From the IMG/VR virus record IMGVR_UViG_3300012344_000011, positions 32,001-96,000 of that record: a stretch of DNA of 64,000 nucleotides. One strand, 5' to 3'. The notes under the pieces are model-generated. The model saw nothing but the letters and a program-made list of their open reading frames with translations. It ran no database searches and had not been told where the DNA came from. Below, piece after piece: positions 1 to 11,618 of this stretch (position 1 is the stretch's first letter; each line of letters starts with the position of its first letter). Origin of the DNA: a virus (taxonomy: Duplodnaviria; Caudoviricetes). Position numbers and translations under genes: made by a program.

Positions 1-121
1 GGGTGCTAGTGAGAAGCACCAGCATTTTAGGAAACGAAGTGCTATAAACCGAAACAGGAGTTCTCGTTCATATAACGAGTAAGATATAGTCAGTTCTTAT
101 AAGAAATTATAAGAGTAAACG
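1..121 (+). mobile_element. 3' end of a group I intron interrupting the replicative helicase gene
   Basis: AAGATATAGTC (J8/7-P7 element) at 81-91, a P9-like hairpin TCTTATAA-GAAA-TTATAAGA, and a terminal G at 121 followed by in-frame helicase codons. The 3' end resembles that of dnaE intron 2. Confidence 0.8.
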
Positions 122-445
122 GATTGGAAAATGGATTCTATTCCAGATCAAAATTTACTTAGAGGTGCAAAAAGTATTGCAGATAAATGTGACTGGGGTT
201 CAATTCTTCTAAACGCAACAAGTGAAGATATTGAGAATGTCAGTCCAATAGCAAGTCAATTGAATTGTAAAGTGCCAAATATGAAATTATCAATTTATAA
301 AAATCGTGGTGGTAAATATACAAATATGTATCTTTGGATGTATGCAGATAAGAGTACGTGTAGGTATGACTCGATTTTTGCAACAGATTATCAATATAAT
401 TGGATAAATATCAAACAAACTGAGATTATAACGGAGGTGGATTAA
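122..445 (+). CDS. Replicative DnaB-like helicase, last exon (partial)
   Basis: Frame open from 122 (DWKMDS...). LRGAKSIADK and KNRGG are SF4-helicase C-terminal motifs. Lies directly upstream of the primase. Confidence 0.8.
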   Translation, partial: DWKMDSIPDQNLLRGAKSIADKCDWGSILLNATSEDIENVSPIASQLNCKVPNMKLSIYKNRGGKYTNMYLWMYADKSTCRYDSIFATDYQYNWINIKQTEIITEVD

Positions 446-1519
446 TTGTCTTTTGATAAAGATTTAGTCAAGCAACAACTTGATATTGAAGATATTAGTG
501 CGCTTCTTGAAGAACTTGGTGGTGAACCAGAAATATATGATGATAAAATTGTTTCTAAAACAATCTGTCATGATGGTAACAGCCGCAAGCTATATTATTA
601 TGATAATACTCAGTTGTTTCACTGCTGGACTCATTGCGGCGATTCATTTGATATTTTTGATTTAGTAAGTAAAGTCAAAGATATAGACCTAAATACTTCT
701 GTTTATTTTGTAGTAAATTTCTTCAATCTTCAACATAAAATAGATGAAGTAGAAGATGAAAATTTGACAGAAGATTGGAAGCTATTCAAGAAATATCAAA
801 ATATAAAAGATATAGCTATTGTAAATAATAAAATTGAATTGCCAGAGATTGATCCTTCTCTAATTGAGAATTATCCTCAACCAAGATATTCTAATTGGGA
901 AGAAGAATATATCTCAAAAGAAATTTGTGATTATATGAACATTAGATATAATCCTATCTCTGGTGGTATTCTGATTCCTCACTATGATGAAAATAATAGA
1001 ATAGTTGGTATCAGAGAAAGAACATTGGTCCAAGAGAATGAGAAGTATGGTAAATATAGACCTATAAAAATCGCGGGCAAGCTCCGCAATCATCCTTTAG
1101 GCTTCAATCTTTATGGATTGAATAAAGCTAAAGAAAGAATTAGTGAACTTGGTGTTGCTATGGTTTTTGAAAGTGAAAAAGCAGTACTTCAAACTATGTC
1201 ATATTTAGGAACTAAAAACAATATTGCGGTCGGTATGTGCGGCAGCTCGTTATCTAACTATCAATTCCATCTTCTCTTGGATGCTGGCGCAAAAGAAATT
1301 TGCATTGGCGTTGATAGAGACTTCAAAGAACTGTATGACGATGAATATTTCAAGGTACTAAAGAAAATGGAAAAAATGTATCAAAAATATTCTCCTTCGT
1401 GCAATATAAGTTTTATGTTTGATACTAAAGGATTGACTGGGTATAAAATGTCTCCAACTGACTGCGGAAAAAATATCTTTATGGACTTATGGCGAGAGAG
1501 GTTGATTCCAAATGGCTAA
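446..1519 (+). CDS. DNA primase (Zn-binding + TOPRIM)
   Basis: CH...CWTHC zinc motif; FESEK and DRD TOPRIM acidic motifs; TTG start after GGAGGTG. Confidence 0.85.
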   Translation: MSFDKDLVKQQLDIEDISALLEELGGEPEIYDDKIVSKTICHDGNSRKLYYYDNTQLFHCWTHCGDSFDIFDLVSKVKDIDLNTSVYFVVNFFNLQHKIDEVEDENLTEDWKLFKKYQNIKDIAIVNNKIELPEIDPSLIENYPQPRYSNWEEEYISKEICDYMNIRYNPISGGILIPHYDENNRIVGIRERTLVQENEKYGKYRPIKIAGKLRNHPLGFNLYGLNKAKERISELGVAMVFESEKAVLQTMSYLGTKNNIAVGMCGSSLSNYQFHLLLDAGAKEICIGVDRDFKELYDDEYFKVLKKMEKMYQKYSPSCNISFMFDTKGLTGYKMSPTDCGKNIFMDLWRERLIPNG

Positions 1520-1861
1520 CGTTTTATCTGCGCAAGAAGCAGTAAATATCTTATGTAATTATTTCTTAGGAGAAGATTGGTATATAGTTGATCCAGTGCG
1601 TAATGATCAAGCAAATGCAATTATTGTTGAAGAAATTAAGAATACTGTTCCGTCAAAATATAATAAAGATAAATTTTTATTATATAGAAAAAGCACCCTC
1701 GGTGCAAATATTGTAAATATTATAAGATAATTGAGGCTCCTAATAAAACTATTCTAAGATGTAGTTTAAAAGATATTTTTATTTCTAAAGTATGGTTTGA
1801 AGGAAGATTTTGTAAATGGTACGTGCCAAAGAATAGAGAGAAAAACAGCAATGAAATATAA
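1512..1861 (+). CDS. Small hypothetical protein, apparently frameshifted near 1690 (C-terminal Cys-rich part in the -1 frame)
   Basis: The 72-aa ORF ends at 1730. The -1 frame from 1688 reads KKHPRCKYCKYY...C...CKWY to TAA 1859-1861 and has no start of its own. Confidence 0.5.
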
Positions 1862-3587
1862 ATTATATACTACTGAATCATATAAATCTCCAATAGAGCA
1901 AGTATTAAAAGGTAGAAAAATTGATAATATTGAAAAATGGCTAAACGCAAATGAAGAAGATATTGAATCTTGGAGAGCATTAAAGAATATCGAAAAAGGT
2001 GTTTACAAAATGAAAGAGGTGATTGACAATGGAGATGATGCAACAGTTATTGTCGATTGTGATGTTGATGGATTCACTTCAGCGGCAATACTCTTCAATT
2101 ATTTGTATAGTTTGTATCCTTCTTGGTGCTGCGATCACCTTGGTTACCTACTTCACAAAGGGAAAGAACACGGACTTTCTGACTTGATTGAAGAGATTCC
2201 TGGAGGGACAAGACTAATTATTTGTCCAGACAGTGCTAGCAATGATTATGAGCAGCACGAATTTTTTGCTGGCAAGGCAGACATACTAATTCTTGATCAT
2301 CACGAAGCACCGCACGAATCAGAATCAAAGAATACTATTACAATCAATAATCAACTTTGTGATTATAAGAATAAAATGTTAAGTGGCGGTGGTGTTACTT
2401 GGCAATTCTGTAGAGCTTATAATGAAATTTTTGATTTACAAGGTGAAATAGATAATGATCTTTGTGCCCTCTCGTTAAGTGGTGATATGATGAGTTATCG
2501 CTCTATAGAAACAAAAGCTCTAGTTGATATTGGTTTTTCAAATATTACAAACCCTTTTTTCCATCAAATGACTTTAGATAATGAATATACCTTGAATAAG
2601 TATGGCGGTATAGGTTATAAGGCAGTAGCTTTCGCAGTAGTTCCTTTCATCAATGCAACAATTCGTTCTGGCACACAAGAAGAAAAAGAGTTGGTTTTCA
2701 AAGCAATGTGTAAACAATATTGTTTTGAAAATGTTCCTAATACCAAGAGAGGACATAAAGGAGAAGAGTGGTCACTTTATAAGCAAGCCGCATATGTAAC
2801 TGCAAGTGCTAAACGTAGACAAACAAATCTTGAAACGCAAGGTATAGAGCTATTAGAGAAGAAAATTGTTTCTGACAACCTATTGGACAATGCAGTTTTG
2901 ATCTTTAAATGTGAACCAGGAGAAGTTGAACCAAATATTCGAGGATTAGTAGCAAATAAATTTGCTTCTAAATATCAGCGTCCTTGTTTAGTGCTTACCA
3001 AGAGTAAGAGTAAAGATAATCAAGAATATTCTTATAGAGGTAGTTTGCGGAACTATGGTCAATCTGAAATTGAAAATCTAAAACAAATTTTTGAGGATAC
3101 TGGTTTGACAGAGTATGTTCAAGGACATGAGTCTGCGGCTGGTATTGGTATTGCAGAAAGTAATTTACAAAATTTTATCAATGTTACAAATGATTTACTA
3201 AAAGATAAGGTTGGAGAAGTTGTCTTTTGGGTTGATTATATTTGGAAGATGAATCAAGCAGATCCAAATAAACTTTTACAATTGGCAGAAATGAGTTCAT
3301 TTTGGGGACAAGATGTTCCCGCAAGCCAAGTTGCAATTACAGATATAGATTTATCTCAATGTAGATTGTCATTATGCGGGCAGAAGAACAATACTTTGAG
3401 AATGGTTCTTCCTAATGGACTCGTGTTAGTAAAATTTGGAATTGATGAAGAGATCTTTGATAGTCTGACTGGTCCAAATCTTTTTATGTCGTGTATTGTT
3501 ACGCCAACCCGCAATGAATGAATGGGAAAAGTTTCAGGAGAAGGTCTAATTGATGATTTTGAAATAAAAACTAAGTGGATATTCTAA
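1851..3587 (+). CDS. recJ: RecJ-like ssDNA exonuclease (DHH family), 1 TGA=Trp
   Basis: DCDVDG, ILDHH and QGHESAAG motifs. TGA 3519 read as Trp gives NEWMG (RecJ NEW/FxG motif) and runs to TAA 3585-3587. Confidence 0.9.
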
Positions 3588-3597
3588 GGAGAATAAT

Positions 3598-4125
3598 ATG
3601 CCTCTAAATATAGGTTATCTAAAAGCTAAGACCGATAAAGCTAGTGACGAAGTATTTACTCCTAAGTATGCAGTGTTGCCATTAGTGAAGTATATTCCTA
3701 ATGGTAGCACTATTTGGTGTCCTTTTGATACATTAGAAAGTGAATATGTAAAAGTTTTTATTAAAAATGGGCATAAAGTAATTCATAGTCATATTGATGA
3801 AGGGAAGAATTTCTTTGAATATGAACCTGAAGAATATGACGTAATTATTTCTAATCCTCCTTTTAGTATAAAAGATGATGTAATCAAACATTTGTACGAA
3901 TTAGACAAACCTTATGCAATGCTTTTACCAATTCCAACTTTACAAGGCCAAAAAAGATTTGAATATATGAAAGATGGTTTACAAATTTTATCTTTCAATA
4001 AAAGAATAAATTTTTATACGGATTCTTCTAGGAAAGAAGTACAAAAAGGCGTTTCTTTTGGATGTGCTTATTTTTGTAAAAATTTTCTTCCTAAAGATTT
4101 AATTTTAGAAGAATTAGAAGATTAA
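3598..4125 (+). CDS. Putative N6-adenine DNA methyltransferase
   Basis: DEVFTP, IWCPFD and ISNPPFS motifs. Confidence 0.75.
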   Translation: MPLNIGYLKAKTDKASDEVFTPKYAVLPLVKYIPNGSTIWCPFDTLESEYVKVFIKNGHKVIHSHIDEGKNFFEYEPEEYDVIISNPPFSIKDDVIKHLYELDKPYAMLLPIPTLQGQKRFEYMKDGLQILSFNKRINFYTDSSRKEVQKGVSFGCAYFCKNFLPKDLILEELED

Positions 4126-4137
4126 AAGGTTATAAAT

Positions 4138-4839
4138 ATGATATATAGAAACGAATCTTGCTTTACTTTTTTACCAACAATTAAAAGTAAAACAATAGAT
4201 TTGATTATTACAGACCCTCCTTATGAAATTTCAAAAATAACTAATTTTCAAAATGGAGAAGAGACTGGAAAAGATACAGACAGGTTTAGAATCTCTATGG
4301 ACTTTGGCGATTGAGATAATAATTTTAGTGGATTTGATATTGTTATCAAAGAATGTTATAGAATTTTGAAAGACGGAGGAACTCTAATTTGTTTTTATGA
4401 TTTGTGAAAAATTACTGTCCTAAAAGAATATTTTGAAAATGCTAAATTCAAACAAATTCGTTTTATTGAATGGCTAAAAACAAATCCTGTTCCTATCAAT
4501 TCAAAAATCAATTATCTAACCAATGCTAGAGAAGTTGCTGTTCTTGGAATAAAAAAATCTAAGCCAACATTTAACAGTAGTTATGATAAAGGGATCTATG
4601 AGTCTCCAATTTGTCACGACAAAGGAAGGTTTCACCCTACCCAAAAGCCAGTTGAATTGATTGAAGCCTTAATCGTTAAGCATTCAAATGAAAAAGATGT
4701 TGTGTTAGATTGTTTTAGTGGAAGTGAAACTACTGGTGTTGCCGCTCTAAAACAAAACAGAGATTTCATTGGGTGTGAAATTTCTAAGAAATACTATAAT
4801 AAATCATTAGAGAGATTGAATGAACAACTGTCAATGTAA
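4138..4839 (+). CDS. Beta-class N4-C/N6-A DNA methyltransferase, 2 TGA=Trp
   Basis: DLIITDPPY, HPTQKP and VLDCFSGSETT motifs. Frame open from ATG 4138 with TGA at 4312 (DFGDWD) and 4405 (FYDLWK). Confidence 0.88.
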
Positions 4840-4869
4840 TATATTTTATATTGACAGTTTTATTTTTTT
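4826..4869 (+). terminator. Intrinsic terminator hairpin overlapping the dnaE -35 box
   Basis: AACTGTCAATGTAA / TTATATTGACAGTT inverted repeat followed by a T-rich tract. Confidence 0.6.
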
Positions 4870-4879
4870 ATATTATAAT
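4851..4879 (+). promoter_or_regulatory. Sigma70/SigA-type promoter for dnaE
   Basis: TTGACA-17 nt-TATAAT, exact consensus. Confidence 0.85.
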
Positions 4880-4923
4880 ATTATTATAAAATGAGAAACT
4901 AGTAAATGAAAGGATAGATTTTA

Positions 4924-7900
4924 ATGAAGAGTTACTCCCGCTTCGAGTGCCATCTGCACACAATGTATAGTAATCTTCGTTTGCTCGACAGTATTAATCG
5001 TCCAAAAGAACTAGTAGAAAGGGCAATTGAACTTGGTCTTGCGGGAATCGCTATTACAGATCATGAATCATTATCATCGCATGTTGAGATAGATCGATTG
5101 ATGAGTCAATACGCAGAGTCTAATCCAGATTTTAAGATTGCAAGAGGTAATGAAATTTATCTGACTGATACAAGAGAAGTCGGTCAAAAATATTGGCACT
5201 TTATTCTAATTGCAAAAGATGCAATTGGTCATAAGATGTTAAGAGAATTATCATCAAATTCTTGGATTAATAGTTATTATGACAGAGGTATGGAAAGAGT
5301 TCCAACTTTAAAAACTGAACTTGCGGCAATTGTAGAAAAATATGGACAAGGACATCTTATTGGATCTACTGCTTGTTTAGGGTCGGAGATTGACAATTAT
5401 ATTTTAGAGCTAAACAATGCACGAATTGTTGGTGATAAACGGACAGAGCAAATTGCTTATCAAAATATTCTAGATTTTGTTCAATTTGGAAAAAGAATTT
5501 TCAAAGATGATTTTTATCTTGAGGTTCAACCAGCTAGATCAAAAGATCAATTAATTGTAAACAATATGATGGGTGGAATTGGAAAAGCAACTAATACTAA
5601 ACTTATTGTTACAACAGATGCGCATTATTTAAAAAAAGAAGATCGATGGGTTCATAAAGCTTTCCTAAATTCTAAATCTGGTGATAGAGAAGTTGATAGT
5701 TTTTATGAATATACATATTTACAATCAACAGAAGAGGTTATTGAGAATCTAAAAGGAACGAATCTTGATTATTATGAACTTGAAGCAAACACTATAGAAA
5801 TTTATAATAAAATTGAAAATTATAGTTTGTTAAGAAATCAGCACGTCCCGCAAATTCCTGTAAAAGAATATCCAAAAGTTGATTATAATAGTAAGTATGA
5901 AACTTTGAACTATTTGTATAATAGTGATAATGTCCAAGAAAGATATTGGGTTAATCAATGTATAGATAGAATGAAAGAACTTGATATTTATAATGATGAA
6001 TATCTTGAAAGATTAGAGTATGAAGCAGATATTAAGAAGCATGTCGGCGAAAGACTTGGAAGCTGTATTTTTTCTTATCCTATCTTCCTTCAACACTACA
6101 TTGATTTATTCTGGGAGTGCGGCAGTCCTACTGGGTGTGGTCGTGGTTCGAGCGGAGCTGGTCTTAATCATTATTTGTTGGGTGTTTCGCAAACAAATCC
6201 TGTAGAGTCTAGATCGCCTTTTTGGAGATACATGAATAAAGAACGTGTTGAATTGCCTAAACGATAAATATTGGGCAATTAAAAGCAGGTGAACCATTTC
6301 TCGTGGGTGTCGCAATTATGCGGCTAACGGGGGAAGCTAAAGCCAATTAGGTATGCCAATCCCGTGCTAAGTCTATTCTATATAAATATAAAAATAATTA
6401 TAAAATTAGATGTAAGAAAAGAGTATTCTAATGGAAAAAAGAATCAAAGATTTTTCTGATTATGCAATTACAGACAGTGGCAAAGTTATTAGTTATAAAT
6501 ATAAAACCCCAAAAGTTTTATCTACGTGATGTCAAAAAGCTGGATATGAAAATATTAAGCTGTCAAAAAATAATGAAACATATCATTTTTTAGTGCATAG
6601 ACTTGTTGCAGAAGCTTTTATTCCAAACCCAGAAAATCTTCCAGAGGTAAATCATAAAGATAATAACCCTAAAAATAATTGCATAGAAAATTTAGAGTGG
6701 TGTACTAGAAAATATAACTTAGATTTAAGTTATAAAACAATGTCTCCAACAAGAAATTACGTGGAAGTTTATCTGATAAGAGAAGATACAGAAGAGATAA
6801 TCAAAAGATTCAAAACAATTAAAAGTGCAGCAGAATATGCCAATAAAAATTTTAACTGTAGTGTTAGTGGAATGATAAGAAATTATCGTTCTAATGGATA
6901 TAGAATAGAAAAGTGTAACGACTAAATAAAGAACAGATGTTTTTTGAGAGAAGTAGAGATGAGAACTACTTCGTAGTGCCTGCCGCTATAAGCGATGATA
7001 TAGTCTAATCCCCTAAGAAATATCGGAAAACCGAGGGTGTAAATGGATATCGACCTTGATCTAGCTCCATCTAAGCGAGAGCTAATTTTTGAAAAGATTA
7101 GGGAAGAGCGTGGTGAGCTTGGTTGTATTCAAGTTTGTACTTTTGGAACAGCTTCAACAAAAAGTGCAATTCAAATTGCGTGTAGAGGATATAGAACAGA
7201 AGAATATAAAGATGGAATTGATAATGATACAAGTTTATACATTAGTTCACTTGTTCCATCTGAGCGTGGTTTTTTGTGGTCAATAAATGATGTAGTACAC
7301 GGAAACGAAGAAAAAGGGCGTAAACCAAATAAGACATTTATCAATGCTGTGAACCAATATCCAGGTTTGTTGGAAATCATCATTGGTATTGAAGGATTGG
7401 TTGTTTCTCGTGGTATTCATGCATCTGGTGTTGTTTTTTATGACGAAGATCCATTTGAAACGGCTTGTTTTATGAAAGCTACAAATGGTTCTATCATAAC
7501 GCAGTATTCGTTGCATGATGCAGAAGCTTGTGGTAAATAGTATTGCCACTAAACATCTAATCGTTTATCAGCGATGTGTTGTAGGCATCTCGATATTATA
7601 AACGAGAGTAAGTAAAAAATACCTACAATGCACCAGGGAAGCCTAAACCTTTATAAGGCACGGTAATCCTGGGCTAAAGTAAGTAATTTATATCTTTTCT
7701 AAACATTAAGAATAAAAAGGATAAAATAATGTATGTATATCTAATAACTAACAAGGTCAATAACAAAAAGTATGTAGGAATAACAAATAACTATAAGAAA
7801 AGATGAGCAAATCATAAAAGCAATAATAATCCTAGTATGGCTATAGCCAAAGCAATAAAAAAATATGGAGTAAAAAATTTTACGTTTGAAATTGTTGAAG

Positions 7901-10760
7901 AAAATGTTCCTCTTGATGATATAGATGCCAAAGAGCAATATTATATTGAATATTATAATACACACGTATCAACTAATAAAGGATATAATATTTCTAAAGG
8001 TGGGAGATATAATATTGCAAATAGCACTCATATAGGAGTAAAAAATGGCAGGGCGTTATTATCTAAAGAACAGGTAGAATATATAAAATCACATCGAAAC
8101 ATTCCTGAATATGTATTATATGATGAATTTTCTGAAATTCTTACATACACAGCATTTAGAGATATATATTTAGATAAAACGTATAAAGATATAACTCCAA
8201 CAGTAGATATATGTCCAAATAATTTTGAATTTTCTTGTCAATTTAATAGATCTAAAATTACATATGATGAAGTGGTAGAGCTAAGACAGAAATATAAAAA
8301 TAATATATTTTGAAAAGATGCATATACTGATTACTATAAAACGCTTTATGATGAAATGACTTTTTGAAACATATATGTTGGGAATAGATTCAAATTAGTT
8401 AATCCTGAAGTTTTTACGCCAGAAAGAAAACATTATCAATCAATGTTATCACATTCTGGAGAGAACAATGGAAGAGCCAAACTAAAAAAAGAAGATGTTC
8501 TTAGTATAAGATATTTATTTAAATCTAATCAAAAAACTAGAGCAGAACTTCAAGAAAAATATTCTTATGTTTCAAAAACGACTATTAAATAATGTTATAA
8601 ACTATAAAACTTGAAAAAACATATAAATTACTTATAAATGCCAATCGACTATCCCTCGGAAGGGGAGTACAACTACTATTGATACGTAGTTGGAAAAGGT
8701 GTTCTCAATATTGATTGAGTAAGATATAGTCAGGACTTGTGGAAACACAAGAATAACTGGATACAAAGTACGATTTCTTGGTTACAGAACAAATGGATAT
8801 TATGGCACAATGTATTCAACTTCTCCAAGAGAACGGATATATGGAAAAAAATTTGACGTTGCGGCAAGCATATGATAAATATGTTCATCCAGATAAATTA
8901 CCTCTAAATGATAGTAAATTGTGGGATGCAATAGATTCTGCGAATTTATTAGCTCTCTTTCAGTTTAATACCGCTGTAGGAGGCAACATTGTGCGACAAT
9001 TGAAGCCAAGGAACGTAGAAGAATTAACAGCTTGTAATGCATTGACAAGATTAGCAGGAGAACCTGGAAAAGAAAGACCTGCTGATAAGTATTATAGATT
9101 TAAGAATAATTTGTCTTTATGGTATGAAGAAATGAACGAATATGGATTGACGCAACACGAACAAAAAGTTCTTGAAAAATATATGTTGACAGATTATGGT
9201 GTACCATCTTCGCAAGAAATTCTTATGACAATCTTGATGGATAAAGAAACATGCGGTTTTAGTCTTGCAGAAGCAAATACTGCAAGAAAGATTGTTGCAA
9301 AGAAGCAGATGGATAAAGTTCAGGGATTGAAAGAAAAAATTCTTGAAAAAGCAAAAAGAAAAATTTTGGGACAGTATATATGGGATAATGTTATTATGCC
9401 GCAAGCATCTTATTCGTTCTCCAGGATTCACGGATATAGCTATTCGCTTATTGCATGTCAAGCCGCATATTTAGCAACTTATTTTCCTTCTATCTATTGG
9501 AATACTGCATATCTAAGGGTAATTAGTGGTCTTGATGCAGATGCAAGCTCTAATTATAGTAAGATTGCAAAAGGTGTTGGAGATATAATTGAACACGGTG
9601 TAAATGTTTCATTGATTGATATTAATGAGTCTGATTATATGTTTAAGCCTGATGAAAAGAATCACGCCATTCGTTATGGACTAAAAGCTTTGAATGGTGT
9701 TGGTGGAGAGATCATCGAAGAGATTGTTAATAATAGACCATATGAAGATATATATGATTTTATGGAGAAAGTCAAATGCAATAAAACAGTAATGATAGCA
9801 TTGATAAAATCTGGCGCATTTGATAGTTTTGATACTCGTGAAAACATTATGAAAGAATACATTGGAATTACATCTGAACCAAAAAGACGTATTACAATGC
9901 AAAATTTTAATGGTTTATTGGAAAAAGGACTTTTACCGCAAGAGTTAGATTTTCAAAAGAGACTTTTTGTTTTCAATAAAGCACTAAAAAAGAATTGTAA
10001 ATTAGATGGTTATTTGATCTTTGAAAATAATTATTATAATTTTTACGAAGAGTTCTTTGATATTGATTTATTAGAACCTAAAGGAAATGTATTAGTAATG
10101 TCTGAGGGTCAATGGAAGAAACTATATGATAAAAATATGCTTCCCGCAAAAGAATATATTACTAAACACAAAGAAGAACTTTTAAAACAACTCAATGATA
10201 AATTGTTCCAAGAGGAATGGAATAAATACGCGGCTGGATCATTAAGTTCTTGGGAAATGACAAGTCTTGGTTTTTATTATCACGAGCACGAACTAAAGAA
10301 TCTTGATAATGAATACTACAATATTTACAATTTTAATGACTTGCCAGAAGAGCCTATTATAGATTATATTTTTAGTAGAGGCGGTCACGATATTCCAATT
10401 TATAAAACTTGTCGATTAGCAGGTACAGTAATTGCGAAAGATGATCTGAAGAGTAGTATAAGTATTTTGACTGTAAATAGCGGTGTTGTAAATGTAAAGT
10501 TTACAAGAGACTATTATGCAAAATATAATGCTCAATTATCTGAAATTGGTGTTGATGGAAAGAAACATGTCCAAGAAAAATCTTGGTTCAAACGTGGAAC
10601 TTTAGTTATTGTAAACGGTTTCCGCAGAGGAAATATGTTTGTAACGAAGTCTTACAAAAAATCAAAGTCACATCAGTTATATAAGATAACAGAAGTTTTT
10701 GATTCAGGTTTAGTCAATATGACAAATGCAAGATATGGAGAAGAAGAAGTCTTACTATAG
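4924..10760 (+). CDS. dnaE: DNA polymerase III alpha subunit; exons 4924-6258, 7046-7534, 8760-10760 (~1274 aa)
   Basis: PHP motifs (HLHTMYS, AITDH, DAHY), GRGSSGA, HASG and YSFSRIH. Splicing restores ELP|DIDLD and EACG|DTKYDFL. Confidence 0.95.
6259..7045 (+). mobile_element. Group I intron 1 in dnaE
   Basis: P1 TTGCCT/GGGCAA with U.G at the splice site, P7 elements ACGACTA and GATATAGTC, terminal G 7045. Confidence 0.92.
6431..6925 (+). CDS. Intron-encoded HNH homing endonuclease, 1 TGA
   Basis: VHRLVAEAF...VNHKDNNPKNN...NLEW motif; frame open from ATG 6431 through TGA 6527. Confidence 0.88.
7535..8759 (+). mobile_element. Group I intron 2 in dnaE
   Basis: P1 GTGGT/GCCAC, P7 elements TCGACTA and AAGATATAGTC, terminal G 8759. 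Confidence 0.92.
7729..8592 (+). CDS. Intron-encoded GIY-YIG homing endonuclease, 3 TGA
   Basis: MYVYLITN...YVG...KR(TGA)ANH, E..YI and GYN motifs. TGA at 7804, 8311, 8365. The likely last residues lie in a shifted frame ending at 8626. Confidence 0.85.
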
Positions 10761-10775
10761 GCTTCTTCTTTTTTC
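10741..10775 (+). terminator. Intrinsic terminator after dnaE
   Basis: AAGAAGAAGTCT / AGGCTTCTTCTT stem plus T run. Confidence 0.65.
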
Positions 10776-10804
10776 TTGACACTTTGATATAAAAATGTTA
10801 TAAT
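10776..10804 (+). promoter_or_regulatory. Sigma70/SigA-type promoter (extended -10)
   Basis: TTGACA-17 nt-TATAAT with TG upstream of the -10. Confidence 0.85.
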
Positions 10805-10829
10805 ATATATATTGAAATAAGGTGATATA

Positions 10830-11507
10830 ATGACTAAAGTAATTTTTTCTCCTGCTATCGATCCATTCTCTGATGGGTCTTGGGGCGAAGGAGATTGCGG
10901 GCATAGCATCCGCATTGATTGGAATTATTGTCCTATTTGCGGTAGTCCAATAGAAGAAAGAATTAGAACAGAAAATAAACGACCAACTCTAATTGCGGTG
11001 TGCGGCAAATCGGCTAGCGGAAAAGATTATTTCGTAAAAAAAATATGCAAACGCTATGGAGATAAAATTCATAGAATGATTCCAGACACAACAAGACCTA
11101 TGCGCATCAATGAAACAAATTCTGTTGATTATAATTTTATTACAATACCAATTTTTGTGAAGAAGCATAGTCAAGGAAAATATCTAGAGTCATCTTGCTA
11201 TAACGGATGGCATTATGGAATGTCTGTTGATCAGATTATCTATGATAAAATCAATATTGGTGTTTTTGATAAACAAGGCTTAGAAGCTTTGACTAAATAT
11301 AAAGATAATTATAGTCTCGTTTTAATTTATTTGAAATGTGGTTTCTTCAAAAGACTCTTTAGGTATATCAAGAGAGAAAAGAAAATCAGCAGAGAAATGT
11401 TTAGACGATTCGCCGCAGATCGGAAAGACTTCTTCAATATGGAAAAAGAGATTTCTTATTATTATAAAAATAGTTTCAAGGAAGTCAGTATTCTTGAAAC
11501 TGACTAA
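10830..11507 (+). CDS. Guanylate kinase-like nucleotide kinase with N-terminal Cys-rich extension
   Basis: GKSASGKD P-loop, TTRPMR..E...VDYNF and YNGWHYG motifs. Confidence 0.85.
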   Translation: MTKVIFSPAIDPFSDGSWGEGDCGHSIRIDWNYCPICGSPIEERIRTENKRPTLIAVCGKSASGKDYFVKKICKRYGDKIHRMIPDTTRPMRINETNSVDYNFITIPIFVKKHSQGKYLESSCYNGWHYGMSVDQIIYDKINIGVFDKQGLEALTKYKDNYSLVLIYLKCGFFKRLFRYIKREKKISREMFRRFAADRKDFFNMEKEISYYYKNSFKEVSILETD

Positions 11508-11602
11508 AAAGTTGGGCAAAAATGAATAAAAACCAAATTCTTATTTTCATATATCTAAATAAGAAAATAAAATAGGTTATTTTGTTATTTTTATAATGAA
11601 AA

Positions 11603-11618
11603 ACACTATATATTGTGA
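11603..11618 (+). promoter_or_regulatory. NrdR box
   Basis: ACACTATATATTGTGA matches the acaCwAtATaTwGtg consensus and lies immediately upstream of the nrdD RBS. Confidence 0.7.
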
